From Geosiphon pyriformis uo1 (Eukaryota > Fungi > Glomeromycota): a stretch of 64,000 nucleotides of DNA. How positions within the stretch are numbered: position 1 is the first letter of the stretch; every line of letters begins with the position of its first letter. Location of the stretch: NCBI GenBank assembly GCA_016748015.1, contig JAAOMT010000577.1, positions 62,001 through 126,000 on the forward strand, written 5' to 3'. Under the pieces are notes generated by a model. It was given only the letters and a program-made list of their open reading frames with translations, was not told the origin of the DNA and did no database searches. Position numbers and translations under genes: made by a program. Below, piece by piece: positions 37,101 to 49,043 of the stretch.

Positions 37101-39300
37101 TGCATTGTATAAATTCCACAATAAAATGGAACAAAATTTCTCTTCATCTATCTTAAAAGGATTATGCGGCCTTGTCAAAACATTTATTGCTGCTCAAAAA
37201 AGACCAAAATTTTATTTGTAACATAATAACTTACTTTATTATTAATTATTAAACCACTTAAATTAGTACATTATTTTTAAATAAAGCCCCTTTCGCTCAT
37301 TTAATTAAAAACCCAAGGTCGATTTATATGATCATTTTATCATCCTGAAATAAGCAAGCAATGATTTCCAAAATATCACTATCTTATTTGGGATTTGATT
37401 AGAAAGCACCTGTTCAGGAAACAACTTCAAAAGACAATGTAAATTTTCAAATTCAAGGTTAAAACTTATTCTTTTGTACATTAAAATTTTCTGTTTGAGG
37501 TTTAAAATTCAGAAAGTAGCAACCATTTTTTGAGATTTATAAGTTGAGAAAAATCTGTAAAATTTTTATATGAAAACAGATAAGTTGACTTTTTTGAAGA
37601 ATAATTCGCCTCATTTTTTTGTTCATGGGAATTTCAAATGTTGTTTTTTCTTTAATGTATATATATTAAGCTAAATTCTTTTAAAGAAATTTTGATATGC
37701 AATTTTATAATTTTGGTAGTATTATTTTAAAGATCTTTTTTGAGTAATCTTTATTGTAAAACTTTTCTAATTCACAAGCAATTGAATAAAAGATTACAAT
37801 TTTATTTTGCTATATAAGATTTATTTAATAATAGAAAACATAGTGTCTTACATTCCATTTATAAAAGTTTAAAATTATTATTAGGTTTTTATTGTTATAT
37901 GTAATACCAAACAATTTAAGCATAATAATAAAACTTAAACTGCAAAACTTATTTTAAAAAAATTACTTGGTATATTATCTAATTATAAAGTACTATTTTA
38001 ATTAAAGCGTATTTAACAACAAATCTTTTTTTATTTACATTCCAAGTTTTTAATAATTTAGTTTGCCAATTGACAGAATAAATAATTTTATTATGTTGGA
38101 AAAAATTGAAATAAAGTAAATTCCAATATTTATAATCCAATTATAATTTTTTTTTCAAAATATTTGGCATAGTTTACACCACCACATATAAAGTATCTTA
38201 CAAACAAATAAACATATAATATACTAGTAATTCGGTTATTATAACAAAAAAAGAATGTTTAAATAAATCTTATTCTTTTTTTTTCCACAAAATATTTTCT
38301 TATTTTAATAATATTATATTTATATAAAAATAACTTATTTTCAAATTCTATTGTAATTATTGTGTTAAATTGAATAAACAAATTTTTATTCCAGTATATT
38401 TTTATTTAACTATAAAAAAAGAATACTTTAAATTGATTTTTATAAAGAATATTTATATTTTGGATATTTTAAATACAAATCTTAATTTAATAATAGCTAC
38501 AAACTAAAAACAATACAAAAAAGTAATTGTAAAATTTTGAAAAGAACTATATATATAAAAAACAGAACAAAACAGTAATAACTTTTAAAAACCAGATATG
38601 TATGTAAGCATATGAATTTTTACTAATTTGTACAGTTATATTATATAGAGACAAATAATATTTTGTAATTCTTGGAATAAGTAATGCTTTTCATGTATTG
38701 TAAAAAGTGTTTGTATTGGAAACTTTTATGTTACATAAAAACAAAGAATGTTTTATAACTTTTAAAGTCAATAATGCTATACAAAATACTTTTATAAACT
38801 TTTATATTACATAAAAGCACATAATATTCTATAAATTTTAAAATAAATAAGACTTTTAGTATATTTTATATTTGTAAACTACAGAAAAACAAATAATATT
38901 TTGTGATCTTTAGAATAAATAGTGTCTTTGGTTACAACATGTAGCAAGCTTTGAATGGTTATTATTTTTTAGAAATTAGTTATAACCTTTTTTTGTCTAT
39001 TTCTTAAAAGCACAAAACCGAGTTAACAAGTTCTGAGAGTTTTTAAGAAGAAAAAAACCTTAAGAAAATAGTAGATATATAATATGTTTTAATTATAAAT
39101 ATTTTTATGACTTTTCTATAACTGCCACAGTTTGATAGAAGTTTTAATCTACAGATTAGTACATCAAAAATAATGAATACTTTTGCTACTTATTAAAAAA
39201 AGTAAAGTAATTAGGCATATAAAAGCTTGGAGCACTGATAATGACAAAAGCAACAGATTTAATGACAAGATAAGCTCATTATGCATATGATTAATATATT
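34100..39300. other. Very AT-rich, gene-free tract, probably decayed repeats
   Basis: Long A/T runs, very few CG dinucleotides, only short compositionally biased ORFs. Confidence 0.7.
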
Positions 39301-40544
39301 TTATTATTAAAATAGAAACTAAAGATGAAAAAAATCTTGAGATGATAAGTATACAATGAAGTATTACCTTGTTTTTTTATTCTAAATGTTTTAGAGTAAT
39401 GAAAATGAAAAGGAAAATCGAAGCTTGGTGGAGTATTGGGAAGAATATGAATAAAAGTAAGAACAAAAGAAAGCATGAAGACGATAAGGTACATGTTAAC
39501 TGAAAACCACTGTGTTTCCTTGATTACTTCAATTATAGGCATTGGGCTAATTCATAATCTCTGTATTTATAGAATAATAATGGGCAAAGTTTTGTTAAAA
39601 AACTTCTCAATGAATCACAACAATGCTCCATTGGTACTTCAAAGATTAATTCTTTATATATTTTGGGCATTAACCTTATTTATTCCAGAACTTTCTAATT
39701 TGAGTCTACATCGATTCAAAAAAACAATTATACAAATTTTAAATTTGACTTTTTATCCAAGAATATCATATTTCTCAAAGTTTGAAATAATCGTTTTAAG
39801 AGATCAAGTTTTTTATCGAAAATTCTTTTTATCTTTTGGAAAATTAATATACTAGAAAACCACCAGATAATGAATGGAAATTACAAATAAACAAGAAGCT
39901 TGATTATGATTTTATCGCCTCTAATCTTCTTAATATTTAAAATTCCAATTTGCCTTACTACTAGACCCTGAAGATTGTGTTAACTTTGAAACAATAATAT
40001 GCATGTCACATCGATGGGGTAATCAAATTTGACGATCGGCAAAGAATAAATATGGTTGTGAAAATCGCTCAAATCCTAGAAATTTGGAAAAAAGCTAACA
40101 TGAAATTCAGGAATTTAGATTCCCTACGACGATATTTATTCTCACATCTAAATTTTATATCCCTTAATTTTATGAAGATAATTTCTGGTATTTCACGAAA
40201 AGTCAGTCGAATCTTTTAACAAAATCGTTTCAACTTAATACTTTTGAATAATGCAATGAAATTATTTTATCTGAAAACATATTACATGTATTATGCGATC
40301 AAATAGAATAAAGAATTTCGGACTATTAAACGATTTGCTGTTGATCTTGAAAAAAATGTACACAATCTCTACCTTTAGGTTTATCAGTATCCCGATAGGA
40401 ATAAACAGTTTAGAAACATGAAAGGGGAAAAAAAGGAGAAACTCACCAAGATATTTTAATACAGAACTTAGAAAATTATAAAAAATAGAGATATCTTGCA
40501 GCAGAAATGAAATATTTTATTCAAACGTGAGGTCGAAATTTTTA

Positions 40545-42039
40545 ATGCACCATATATTTTCCTGCCAAGGCTGTCTCTCAAATCTTGAAATTTTCAAGAA
40601 AGATAAAAGAATAAAATGGAAAATTTTAAAACTAGCAGTTTTGTCCTTGCCTTGCATTTTCTTTGTTATTTGCGCAATAATTATGTCGAACCCAAATATT
40701 AACGTTAGCTTTAAGAGACAACCTAGCAAGACTCTTTGGACAAAAACTCAAAATAACGTTCTAAACATTATAGATTTCCCTTCAAAAGTGCCACAAAGGA
40801 ATAGAAATTTAAACCTATATAGTGACTTCAAAAAGAAAAAGAGAAATTCATATATTGAAAAAGAAGGCAAAAAAGGAGATAGTCTGGCAATAAATTTACC
40901 TATCAAGGAACATTCTAAAGTTTCCCCAAAAATTCTTGTCCCTCTTTACGGTGACACTTGGCAACTTCTAGCTAGAATGGTAAGATTTGCAAACCTTCCA
41001 CATTGCCGGTCAGACAACAATGTCGGAAAATCAGTCCCGGGAATTATAGGTTGTTGATCAATGAAATATTCCTTTAAAAAATACAGAAGTAAATACCTGA
41101 CCTCCTTTTATTTTTTTATAGCAAATGTTTTTCTGGACATTAGAACAAAAGATATTATAGGTTATTTTAGAGGCCCAGGATTACGGATAAAAGAATTTGA
41201 AAATGAAAGGGTTGAACTTGCCATAGCTGCATATACATTTCCCCCTCCAATTGGAACAGTAAGGACGATGGTTCATCAACTTTGGTCTTCGCAAGTACAA
41301 AAATTTCTCCCAGATTTGTACCGTAAAATTCAACATTTCATAGACGTTTCAACTCCCAGGACGAATTTAAAAATATATTTTAGTGGACATGGAATTGGTG
41401 GAGGTGAAAATTTATCATAATTTAGGCGAAAAGAGTCGTCACGTATTTCACTAATCGTTGAAAAATTTTCACAACTCAGCATATGCATTGCTAGCTGCGA
41501 TGTCACTTCAAGAACAAATTTTAAAGGTACCGAATAAGTGGGATTTCGCAATTCTCAAAGTAATAACATTCGGTCAACCACGTGTTGGAATCGAATCTTT
41601 TGCAAATTTAGCAAATCGAGTGTTGCAAGTTTTTCGGGTCACCCATTCAAATGACCGCATTCCTCAATATCCACCTAGAGTCAAAAGATTCTTACACGTA
41701 GAACGAGAATTTTGGGTTCAATCCGATGATGATTGTAATTGTCAGGCTCAGTTTTCATTATTTCCAGGTTCAAATGTATTGGAATGCCCGGGAATCGATA
41801 AAATGGGGAACGGGATAGTTAAACCTGGTGAAAATCCGGTAAAAAAGCTTATTTCTTCTAAGCAATACCTAATTTCAGTTCTCTTCATATCTAATTTTTA
41901 AAGAATGCTCTTTTAGGAATGCAATGCGAGACAAGGTGGCTCTAAAATTAGTAGTTTAGCAGCACATCTGGGGCCATATTTTGGTGAAACAATTGGAAGC
42001 TGTAGCGTATTATTAGAAGATGGCTTTCGTGAAGATTGA
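40545..42039 (+). CDS. Class 3 lipase-like protein, paralogue of the 3364 gene; nucleophile Ser replaced by Gly (4 exons: ~40545-41050, 41122-41403, 41481-41838, 41917-42039)
   Basis: LARMVRFANLPHC, IYFSGHGIGG, ITFGQPRVGIESFA, FRVTHSNDRIP, HVEREFWV, AHLGPYFG; same three intron positions as the first lipase; stop TGA 42037-42039. Confidence 0.88.
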
Positions 42040-42421
42040 ATTAAAAAAGGGCCAATTTCAAGGAGCAATCAAAATGGATTTCATGAAAACTTCTCTATAA
42101 AATTGGGAAATTTTCCAAAAACTTTAGAAAGCAAAATTTTAAAAAGCTATATGCTCTGTATCTAGAAAAACATACAATTCAAGTATTTTAAATGCCTCAT
42201 TACCAAAAATAACAAAGCAGAAAACCTATAAATTAAAAGACTCTAGTCACTAAGTTTTTGCGGGACCCAAGAGCTTTTTGCATCATTAACGCAGTCTGCA
42301 GGATAGTCATAATTTGCCTTGAATTTCATCTTTGTCTGTGAATTAACTCAATGAAAAGATACATAAGTGAGAATAAGCAATTTTCCAAAATATTTGTTAT
42401 TATAAAAATTGTTCAGTAATT

Positions 42422-43705
42422 TTACCTATAGCTAAAGAGCCCGAACAATACGTGTATATTTTTCTCCTGTCCACCCTTGATACTTCTTCTGCAATATTTT
42501 ATGGCTTGATGTGAATCTTTGGGGACACCATTGCCCCGCAAGTAATGCATAGCCAATTCACTTTGTCCAATGTAGTGTTCTCCATCAGCACTTTTTTGAT
42601 ACCAGTAGACCGCTTTTTTATAGTCAATCTTGGTTCCGATCCCTATCAAAATATAAATCGATTCTCTCGAAATATTTATCATTATTGTTCTTTCAATCTG
42701 AGGATTTAACAAGAGCTTACCTCGAAAATAGCAAGAGGCAAGAACACATTGACCATGGGGATCTCCGGAATTCGCAGCTTTGAGATGCCAACCAAATCCT
42801 ATTTTACTATCCTCCTGAACTCCAAGACCATTTCGATAACAAAAACCAACCCGATTTTGAGCTGGCTCATACCCATTTTCTGCTGACTTTATATACCAAT
42901 TGAAAGCTTCCGCTTTATCCTCAGCTACTCCACAACCGTGATTATAGCAGAATCCGATTGCAAACTGTGCCATTGCATTCTCTGCTGTCATTGCAGATTT
43001 CATATACCATTGGTAAACCAAATCAGGCCTCCGCAATGTTCCAATGGCATTCTCATAACAATAGGCCAAGTTATATTGGCCAATTGTAAATCCATTCATT
43101 GCTGATTTTTCAGCCCAATAAAATGCTTTTATATCATCATTTTTCGTCCCTGTTGCATCACGATAACAGCGACATAAGAAATTCTGCGCATATTTGTCAT
43201 CACATTCGGCTGATTGGTGATAAATTTCAACTGCTTTTGATTGATTAATTGTTGTCCCAATTCCAAATTCATGACAAAATCCTAGCAATGGCAAATGTCG
43301 GGTACCAGTTTTTGCGCGAAGAGCATTAAACAGTTCTACAGCTTCAATATCCTTCTTGCATATATTTTTGTAAATATATCTTGGTAATTTTTTGAAATAC
43401 ATTCCATTTTCCAATGCATCAATAAAGATTTCATTGGCAATTGCTACGATACGATCTGACCTTGACATTTCGCCATCATCGTTTGAAGGGATCGAAATTG
43501 TGGGTGAAGTTTCATTTTGCGAGCGTGAACATGGATCTACCTTTGGGCTTTTCGACAGGAGAGTGATATCCTTTACAGATTCAGGCAGAGGAGATTTACG
43601 GGATTCATCTATGGTTATTGAATTTAAAAAATTCAATAATTCTTCCTGATCGTTTGAAATTCTTAAGCTTGGGTGTGGATTAAATTTGGCATCAGAGAGC
43701 TCCAT
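42422..43705 (-). CDS. Sel1-like repeat protein (~7 repeats), with a probable 78-nt in-frame intron at 42643-42720
   Basis: LGFCHEFGIGT, GQYNLAYCYENAIGT, AQFAIGFCYNHGCGV, AQNRVGFCYRNGLGV; removing GTAAG...ATAG restores CYFRGIGT. Confidence 0.93.
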   Translation of the reverse strand: MELSDAKFNPHPSLRISNDQEELLNFLNSITIDESRKSPLPESVKDITLLSKSPKVDPCSRSQNETSPTISIPSNDDGEMSRSDRIVAIANEIFIDALENGMYFKKLPRYIYKNICKKDIEAVELFNALRAKTGTRHLPLLGFCHEFGIGTTINQSKAVEIYHQSAECDDKYAQNFLCRCYRDATGTKNDDIKAFYWAEKSAMNGFTIGQYNLAYCYENAIGTLRRPDLVYQWYMKSAMTAENAMAQFAIGFCYNHGCGVAEDKAEAFNWYIKSAENGYEPAQNRVGFCYRNGLGVQEDSKIGFGWHLKAANSGDPHGQCVLASCYFRGKLLLNPQIERTIMINISRESIYILIGIGTKIDYKKAVYWYQKSADGEHYIGQSELAMHYLRGNGVPKDSHQAIKYCRRSIKGGQEKNIHVLFGLFSYR

Positions 43706-44619
43706 GCTTTTCAAAGATTTTCGGTTATCAAAAAATCAAGCAAAAATAGAAAATGCAAATATGTAAAAAGCGCTCAAGCATGATTAAAATGTGATGCTCA
43801 TTGAAAATAATAATTAAAAAGATAGAAGTATGTACAACTCCTAATTTGGTAAGCGTCGCACGTGACCTTACAGTTTAGCGCCAAATCAATATTCATAATT
43901 CATAAACCGAAGTTTCTCATATAACGTTAAAGTTTTTCCCTATCCATTAATCTCGCTGATGTTCCAACTCTCAGGCAACTTTTTGGGAAATTAACATACT
44001 ATTTCGGAAATAAAAGTATAAATATTTTTTAATTTCCACCAAATGGATATTTATGAATTAGAATGTGAACAGCTAAATACAAAAGAGAGCATTATAACAA
44101 TTAAAAAGGAGAATATAAAACTCATCATAATGATGAGATCCAAATAATAATAATTTAATTAAAGTTATTCAAATAATCATAATAAAATAATGTTTAATTG
44201 TTACATTTTGTCTTTAAATTACATAGTTGCAATTTACATATAGTTATTTGAAATAGAGAAAAGTTTTATGAAGTTACTTAAATTTGAATTTTATTAATAG
44301 AATATTATCGTGAATTTTTTTTAATAATTATACATAAATGTTGTGATCTTTACATCTTAAAAAAAAATGAGTGGATTTATTTATCATATTTTCTTATTAG
44401 TCATTAATCTCTATCCATTGCTCTCTGTTAGCTTGGTCCTTTGAACCATAATAACACAAAAACAAGCCTACACCATATATCCTTTATCTGTTATTTCCCT
44501 TTTAAAAGTGTAAGTAAAATAAGCTCTAGTGACATTGAATGAATTTTTTTTATAAATATATAAACGATTTTATTTTAAAAAAGACACTCTTACCATTTCT
44601 ACTTCAAAGCAGTCTCATT

Positions 44620-44795
44620 CATAAAACAAGAAGTTGTGTTCTTCACTCGCGGGTTTGACGCAACTGTCATCCCATTATTTAAGGTGTCAAAAATGATAAC
44701 TTGTAAGGCCAGAAAAATCACGCAAAAGGCACTCCAGAAAATGCTTTACTGTATTATCATTTCCGCTAACATTTGATTTTCAAGGCCGAGGAGTA
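44620..44795 (+). mobile_element. Isolated Fanzor2 RuvC-II-region fragment
   Basis: VVFFTRGFDATVIPLFKVSKMITCKARKITQKALQKML...SKAEE, homologous to 33370-33535 and 46020-46140. Confidence 0.8.
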
Positions 44796-44929
44796 AGAAA
44801 ATTATTTAAAAAGTGCAAACCTGATTAGTACTTATTCTCTTAGAAAATTAATCTCGAAATAAAAAAAATTTGAAAAGCAAATATTTTTGTTTTCTTTAAA
44901 CCGAAAATACGACAATATACTAAAATACC

Positions 44930-46265
44930 TGTCTTCAACCTCCATTTTGCAAAACTCGTGGTTCTCTTCAACGATGCGACTCTGACGAGCTCAAACTCTT
45001 CCTGGATATTTTTGTCAACAAAGTCTTCATCTGCCCCTACTGAGGAGAGCGGAGGAACAAAAAAGCGCAAGAGAAGGGTAACAGCAGCCCGTGGTAAACG
45101 CCAGACATCCTAAACTGCATGTTACTAGTCAAGATGTATCTCAACCACCCTCAGAAGCAGTTATTGAAACGATAGATGGTTTGGTGAGATGGAGCAAAAA
45201 GAGTCGCATTATTATGAAACAAGATGGTATCACGAAAAAAAGGATAGTTAAAACCAATAACGTTTCAACAAAAACGTCATCTTTTCAATAATGTTTCAGG
45301 AATCTGCGGTGAGGAAAAATTTCGCAGAGCTATCTCCATCTTGGCATGCATTAGTTGCGCGAAAGGAAGTTTTTAAACCTAATGCATACGACAACAAGGT
45401 TTTCAACACATCATCTTTCTTTTCAATCTCATAAGGCATTAAACCATAATGATTCGTGCTCGGAGTTAACCTGGAATTGCTTCTATGTATCTTACACTTA
45501 CATTCCCAGCAATATATGCATATGCACATCGACACAAGGTAAAGATGATAAATTTTTTACCTTTTTGGTTTTTTAATTATTCATATCTTTATTTTTATGA
45601 ATAAACATGTAATATGACCTCTCCATTTCGAGAAAAAAAACAATTGGCTCAATCCATACAAAATAAAATGTGATGGCAAGCTCACTTACTATCGCAAAAC
45701 TAATGAATAAAAGTTTGCCTGAGTATAGGAGACGCAAAAACATCTCGGCAAAACCCGCACAGATGGCTCTATTCATAGAGTCTCCATAGATCCTGGCATC
45801 CGCACACCATTACCCAGGAAAAGATGTAGGCAAAATAGGCTCCTGTCGTATCAGTCGTATCGTTCGCCTCTGCAAATTTATGGATGACCTTTGTTCAAAG
45901 AAAGATAAATTAAATACCTCCTCAAAACATAAGAAAGCTAAAACCGGAATATTTGAAAAGGGGATTGGGGGGATGCATCAAAAGATCTTGCACTTGCAGA
46001 CATAAATACACAGAAAGGCCGTCGCATTTTTCACTCACGGGTTTGATGCTATTGTCATTTCTCCCTTTGAGGCATTTGACATGGTGAGTCGCAAGACAAG
46101 AAAGATTACGCGAAAACGTCTGATCACCAAGGCCGAGGAACTAGGGGCTCGTGTTATTATCCAGAACGAAACTTACGCATTCAAAAACTTGTAGTCTATG
46201 TCGTAACATCCAAAGAATCAGAGGGTCCGAAGTGTACAACTGCCGGATTTGTAGAATTGTGAGAT
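44930..46265 (+). mobile_element. IS607-like element, copy 3: TnpA C-terminus plus Fanzor2/TnpB pseudogene, truncated at both ends
   Basis: KLVVLFNDAT / SILQNSWFSSTMR, GTKKRKRR, VKMYLNHPQKQLLKR, RVSIDPGIRTP (RuvC-I ~45775-45810), RIVRLCKFMDDLCSKKD, HRKAVAFFTHGFDAIVISPFEAFDMVSRKTRKITRK, KAEELGARVIIQNETY, VYNCRICRIV; ends before the RDEN motif. Confidence 0.92.
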
Positions 46266-48236
46266 TTTAGCATATCCAAAATCATAAAGCGCAGATGTTT
46301 AAAAAGAATTCATGAGTCATTAGGCCGCACAAAAATATTGGGCTGACTTTGGTGATCAGAAGCTGGCATCCTTTTGGTTGGTTGCTAAAGATTCCCATTT
46401 TTTTAAAGTCAATTTTTAAAGCAATAGCTTTTGATTTTTTTGCAAAATGTTGTTAAAATCAACTAATAAATGTTTTATTTCTTGATAGCAAAAACGCTTC
46501 CTGCCCACGATGTTACCAAGATTCAGTTCAAAAATATCAATTTCAAGTTATATTCTAAATTTATAACAATGTTCCAGATCTGCAAAATTTGTTTGAACCA
46601 ATAGAATTTCACAGCTTTCCTTTGATCATATGTGTAACCCCCTACTCAGGAGAAATCTTTTTTTATTTTACTAGAAATTGCAATACCAATTTTCGATTTT
46701 GAATTAGAGAAAACCTTGGTAGCTTAATAATTTTTAGATCTGCATAACTACTATTTGATGAGTATGATGACTTTGAATCTTTTCAAACGTCACAAAAAGA
46801 TCTGGCCAAAAAGTATTGTTTTACTGGATAAGGTACTTATGGCAAGAAATTCTTTTCCTAAAGTATCATAACTTGGAAATTGAAAACAATAATAAAACTT
46901 TTAATTAAACTTTGTAGTTCTTCAATATTCTTTTTTCGAAAGACGAATTTTATAAACCAAATTCTGTCTGATTCAGCCCAATAACAATGTTTCTAGATCT
47001 CTAATATCTCAATCATAAAGAACTGCATTTAATTTCCCTCTATAAACAGTTTATGACTATTGTCAAATAAATAATTATCAATCACAATAGAAAATTGAAA
47101 GAATTAATTATATATTTTCATTTAATGTGATAAAAATCAAAAATTTGAACCCTTTGTTGATGTAAAGGCTGAGATTTCTGGGAGAATAATTTAATTTTCA
47201 AAACATGTCCAAGTAAACAAGTATTTAAAAATTTTGTTTTTTAATTACTAATTCAAGGTCACCAACAATCCTGCCAATAGAAATCAACCTGGCCGATTTC
47301 TGATATTGAAATCTATAACTTTACCACTTCGATTCATCGAACGTTTTGTGTACATTTTAATACTTGCAGATTAACACCTGAAACAAGAAATAAACATTTT
47401 TAACTTTCGTTAAAAAAAAATACAAAAACCTTTTTTATACGTTTCGATTTTTGACCCCCTGTTGAAAAAACCAATGAAAAACAATCTCCAATGCTTTGTG
47501 ATTTACACAATGGAATGGCGTTAACATGGAATAATTAATAGCGTTTTTTTTTCGCTGATCATTTAATATCAAACATTTCTAACTCCGTTTGTATTTGCAT
47601 GTATATATATATTAAAATAGTTTGTTGATTAATAATGATATATTAACCAATAAACATCAAGCCACTTATACTGTTTATCCTTTAGTTTTAACCGTTTCCT
47701 CCCTTTTTTCTCTCCCTTTCTTAAAACGGTTATCTTGTTATCTTTTTTCTACCCCTTTCATTTTATCGTAATTTGCCAACTATCAAATATTGAATTAACT
47801 AAGAAAAGGTGACAATATGATAAAGGCAATTACAAAGTTATGAGATTTAATGCCCGCAATAAAGCCTGGAAGCGAAAATTAGTTATAAGATAATTGGGTG
47901 TACAACATGGACCACGCTAGATCACACTACTCTGGGAGGTTAATCCAGGATTGGCCTTTAATAATGCAGTGCTACCTTTTCTTTACATCACCTTTTGAGC
48001 AGCAATTTCTGCATTGCCCCAAATAATGGCATACTAAGGGTAGTATTTATTTTTGGGAGTTATTTGGGTTAGGAAAGGATTAAATTGAGACGGCAGGAAC
48101 GTCAATTGAAAAAAAAAATTTTTTGCTTTTTTCTTGAATTAAAACCTCCATTCTTTGGAATAATTTCCTTGATATAATATTATTTATTTTAACATTTTTG
48201 AAACATCTTGAAGAAAACTTTCTAAAACAAACGAAG

Positions 48237-49043
48237 ATGACAACAACATCGTCACCAACCATTGCCAGAACGAAAAAAGTTTCTGAATATGGATATCGAG
48301 AGGTTGAATATAAAGAAATAAGCTTTATCAATCGGATAAAACAATTATTTAAAAAAAATCAAAGTGGAAAAGCAAATATCAATAGCATACAAATAACTCC
48401 GGAATCAACAGCAATAAAGGAACTGTTAAACTCACTATCTAATATTATTGACCCAGGGGCAGAAGACCAACATTTACTAGCAGGCATAGAAACTTGGTTT
48501 TCTTCGCAACCGCAAACACGCAAAAAAATTTTCCAAGAACTAAGAAAAACTGCAAAAATTCACCATGAATACAATTTCCTCTTAGCATTCTTTTACCAAC
48601 AGGGAATCGGTACACGAGTACAAACCAAGAAAACATTCAAATATTATAAGCGGGCTGCTGAAAAAGATGATTATTTCGGCCAAAATCAACTAGGATGGTG
48701 TTTTCAAAACGGTATTGGGACACGATGGGATTATGATAAAGCGTTTCAATGGTACTTGTCTTCAGCGAAAGGAGGGGATTTCTCAGGGATGTGTAACCTG
48801 GCTTATTGTTATACTGATGGGACTGGTACGACAGTAGATGAAAAAGAAGCCTTTTATTGGTTTTTAAAATCGGCTGAGTCTGGCATCGCAGTATCGCAAA
48901 ATGCCGTTGCGGGATGTTTCCAAAATGGAAAAGGAACTACAAAGGACATTCACAAAGCTTTATATTGGTATCGAAGGTCATTAAAGCATGGGTATCATTT
49001 TTGGCATTTAGGCTTAAGGAAATTGATGACTAAAGGTTATTAA
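48237..49043 (+). CDS. Sel1-like repeat protein
   Basis: IIDPGAEDQHL module, LAFFYQQGIGT, GQNQLGWCFQNGIGT, GMCNLAYCY, DIHKALYWY; first ATG at 48237. Confidence 0.93.
   Translation: MTTTSSPTIARTKKVSEYGYREVEYKEISFINRIKQLFKKNQSGKANINSIQITPESTAIKELLNSLSNIIDPGAEDQHLLAGIETWFSSQPQTRKKIFQELRKTAKIHHEYNFLLAFFYQQGIGTRVQTKKTFKYYKRAAEKDDYFGQNQLGWCFQNGIGTRWDYDKAFQWYLSSAKGGDFSGMCNLAYCYTDGTGTTVDEKEAFYWFLKSAESGIAVSQNAVAGCFQNGKGTTKDIHKALYWYRRSLKHGYHFWHLGLRKLMTKGY

Noticed and set aside
36200-37200. Possible DNA-transposon coding relic (ORF 36960-37178)
   Set aside because: No catalytic motif or terminal repeat could be identified by eye.
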